A stretch of 63,008 bases of DNA, the filler included, from Asterionella formosa (Eukaryota): the NCBI GenBank assembly GCA_002256025.1. It is 20 parts of 20 records of this genome, joined end to end, with 100 filler letters (N's around TTAATTAATTAA, not from the genome) between each part and the next. Parts side by side here need not be neighbours in the genome. Positions count along the whole stretch, not along the records: positions 61,794 to 63,008 come from NKIB01003620.1; 19 more parts are not named here. One strand, 5' to 3'. Positions 61,794 through 63,008 of this stretch are shown one piece after another. A model generated the notes under the pieces. It had not been told where the DNA came from. It made no database searches and saw only the letters and a program-made list of their open reading frames with translations. Positions within the stretch are counted from its first letter, which is position 1. Each line of letters opens with the position of its first letter. The position numbers were made by a program, and so were the translations under genes.

Positions 61794-62308
61794 CGACGTT
61801 TTGCTTGGCCGGCGTTGAACAACAAAATGGCCGCCAACGCTTGTGGAGAATCGTCCACTTGCAGTGGTTCCGCTTCGTGAAAGGCATGCATCCCTTCATC
61901 AAAGTCCATTCGTTGATAAATGTAACTGGACGTTGGAGGACAGGTTGTTGCAGAACAAGTTGTTGCAGGAGGACTCTGACCGATGCGACAGTGAGGTTCA
62001 ACGACATTCTCTTGCTGTAGCTTGTGACGCAGTGCCGTGGCTTCCTGGAATAGATTGAATGCCAAGCGGAAATCGCCTTGCGAGTACAAGGACACGGCTC
62101 GGTTGTTGAGCTCGACTATGGTCAATTCCATATTGGTCTTGCTCTTGTGCAAGGCTCCAAAGACCACCGAGAGCAGTCGACGTTTCGAAGGCGTTCCAGT
62201 ATGATCAACCGCGTATTGAGTGTCCAATCCCACCTTGGTGGATCGTCGCTGCTTGGAACTTGCCGGAACGGCGTTTGTGTTTTGTGGTGGATGATTGCAG
62301 GTTCCCAT
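61794..62308 (-). CDS. TPR-like repeat protein, N-terminal part
   Basis: ELNNRAVSLYSQGDFRLAFNLFQEA..YIYQRMDFDEGM..LAAILLFNAGQ. Truncated by the contig edge. Confidence 0.7.
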
Positions 62309-63008
62309 GGTGGATGGAAGATGAATGCGACAGTGATTTATGGGTTTATTATCGTAATGGAACTTCAGGGTATATTTGTTGTCCAGTCAGGATTGTCTGG
62401 TCAGAGCGAGAAAGAGTGGGATTTATAAGTTCTGCTCGTCTCTGTCTTGTCAAAAGAGAGCAGGAGCAATCTTGGAAAATCTTACAAAGTATGACAAGAA
62501 CTAAAGAACACTTGTCGACCAGAGAAAGTACCAGCAGGCACGAACGATTTATGGGAAAACAAATAATAATATATGCCCCGCAGTTGTTTTACATAGTAAA
62601 TATCTTACAAAAAGTAATGAAAGTAATAAGTGGTCTTGAAGCTACATATATACGGTATATTGAGCGACGATCATAGACGAACGATTCTTCACTGGATCAG
62701 AGCCCGAATGCTGACTACCAGTACCGGTATACAGGCAGCGGTATTCATATACTGGTATATAGCTACCGGCATTTCAATTATTTATAATGAAAGTGCGTGG
62801 AAAACGAGGTTTGGAGTAAATAAGGATTTGGTGTCCCTACTGGAGCAACTGTGTCGAACTATATGAGATGACCTTAATTAGAAATGCTACCAATAGTGCA
62901 GACACGTCGTCATTGCTAATGTAGCCAATCAAATGATTTCTACACGTCACCAGTCATTGGGCCCGACAAGTGGTACGACATTGACTCCTTAGAAATACTC
63001 CTAAGGAA

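Overview
The window is eukaryotic nuclear DNA, most likely a diatom or related stramenopile. Support comes from short GT-AG introns, an inverse ODC-OPRT UMP synthase fusion, a PGRL1-like exon and a bipartite plastid-type presequence. It is not one locus: 20 contigs or scaffolds are joined by 19 artificial 100-bp spacers (44 N + TTAATTAATTAA + 44 N), so adjacency across spacers means nothing. Two scaffolds are large (2639-22269 and 30276-49856) and the other 18 contigs are about 1.2 kb each. Scaffold 1 is gene-rich: a secreted Pro/Thr/Ser-rich protein, GPKOW/Spp2, a MOZART-like microprotein, a HAD-like protein, two LRRC6/DNAAF11-like paralogues flanking a UMP synthase, and a second secreted protein. 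The long second intron of the UMP synthase holds two box C/D snoRNA candidates. One is U18-like. The other has two antisense elements to peptidyl-transferase-proximal LSU rRNA. Scaffold 2 is rich in mobile elements: a CA..TG-type TIR element carrying a captured LRR gene fragment, Crinkler-like NTPase/REase relics, Kolobok-type transposon copies and a Gypsy pol. The Kolobok family has TTAA target-site duplications, 23-bp TIRs, a DDE transposase, a KolX/P2X7-ballast-like ORF and a conserved 34-bp internal hairpin, and it is seen in four places. All family assignments come from motif recognition by eye; no database searches were run.
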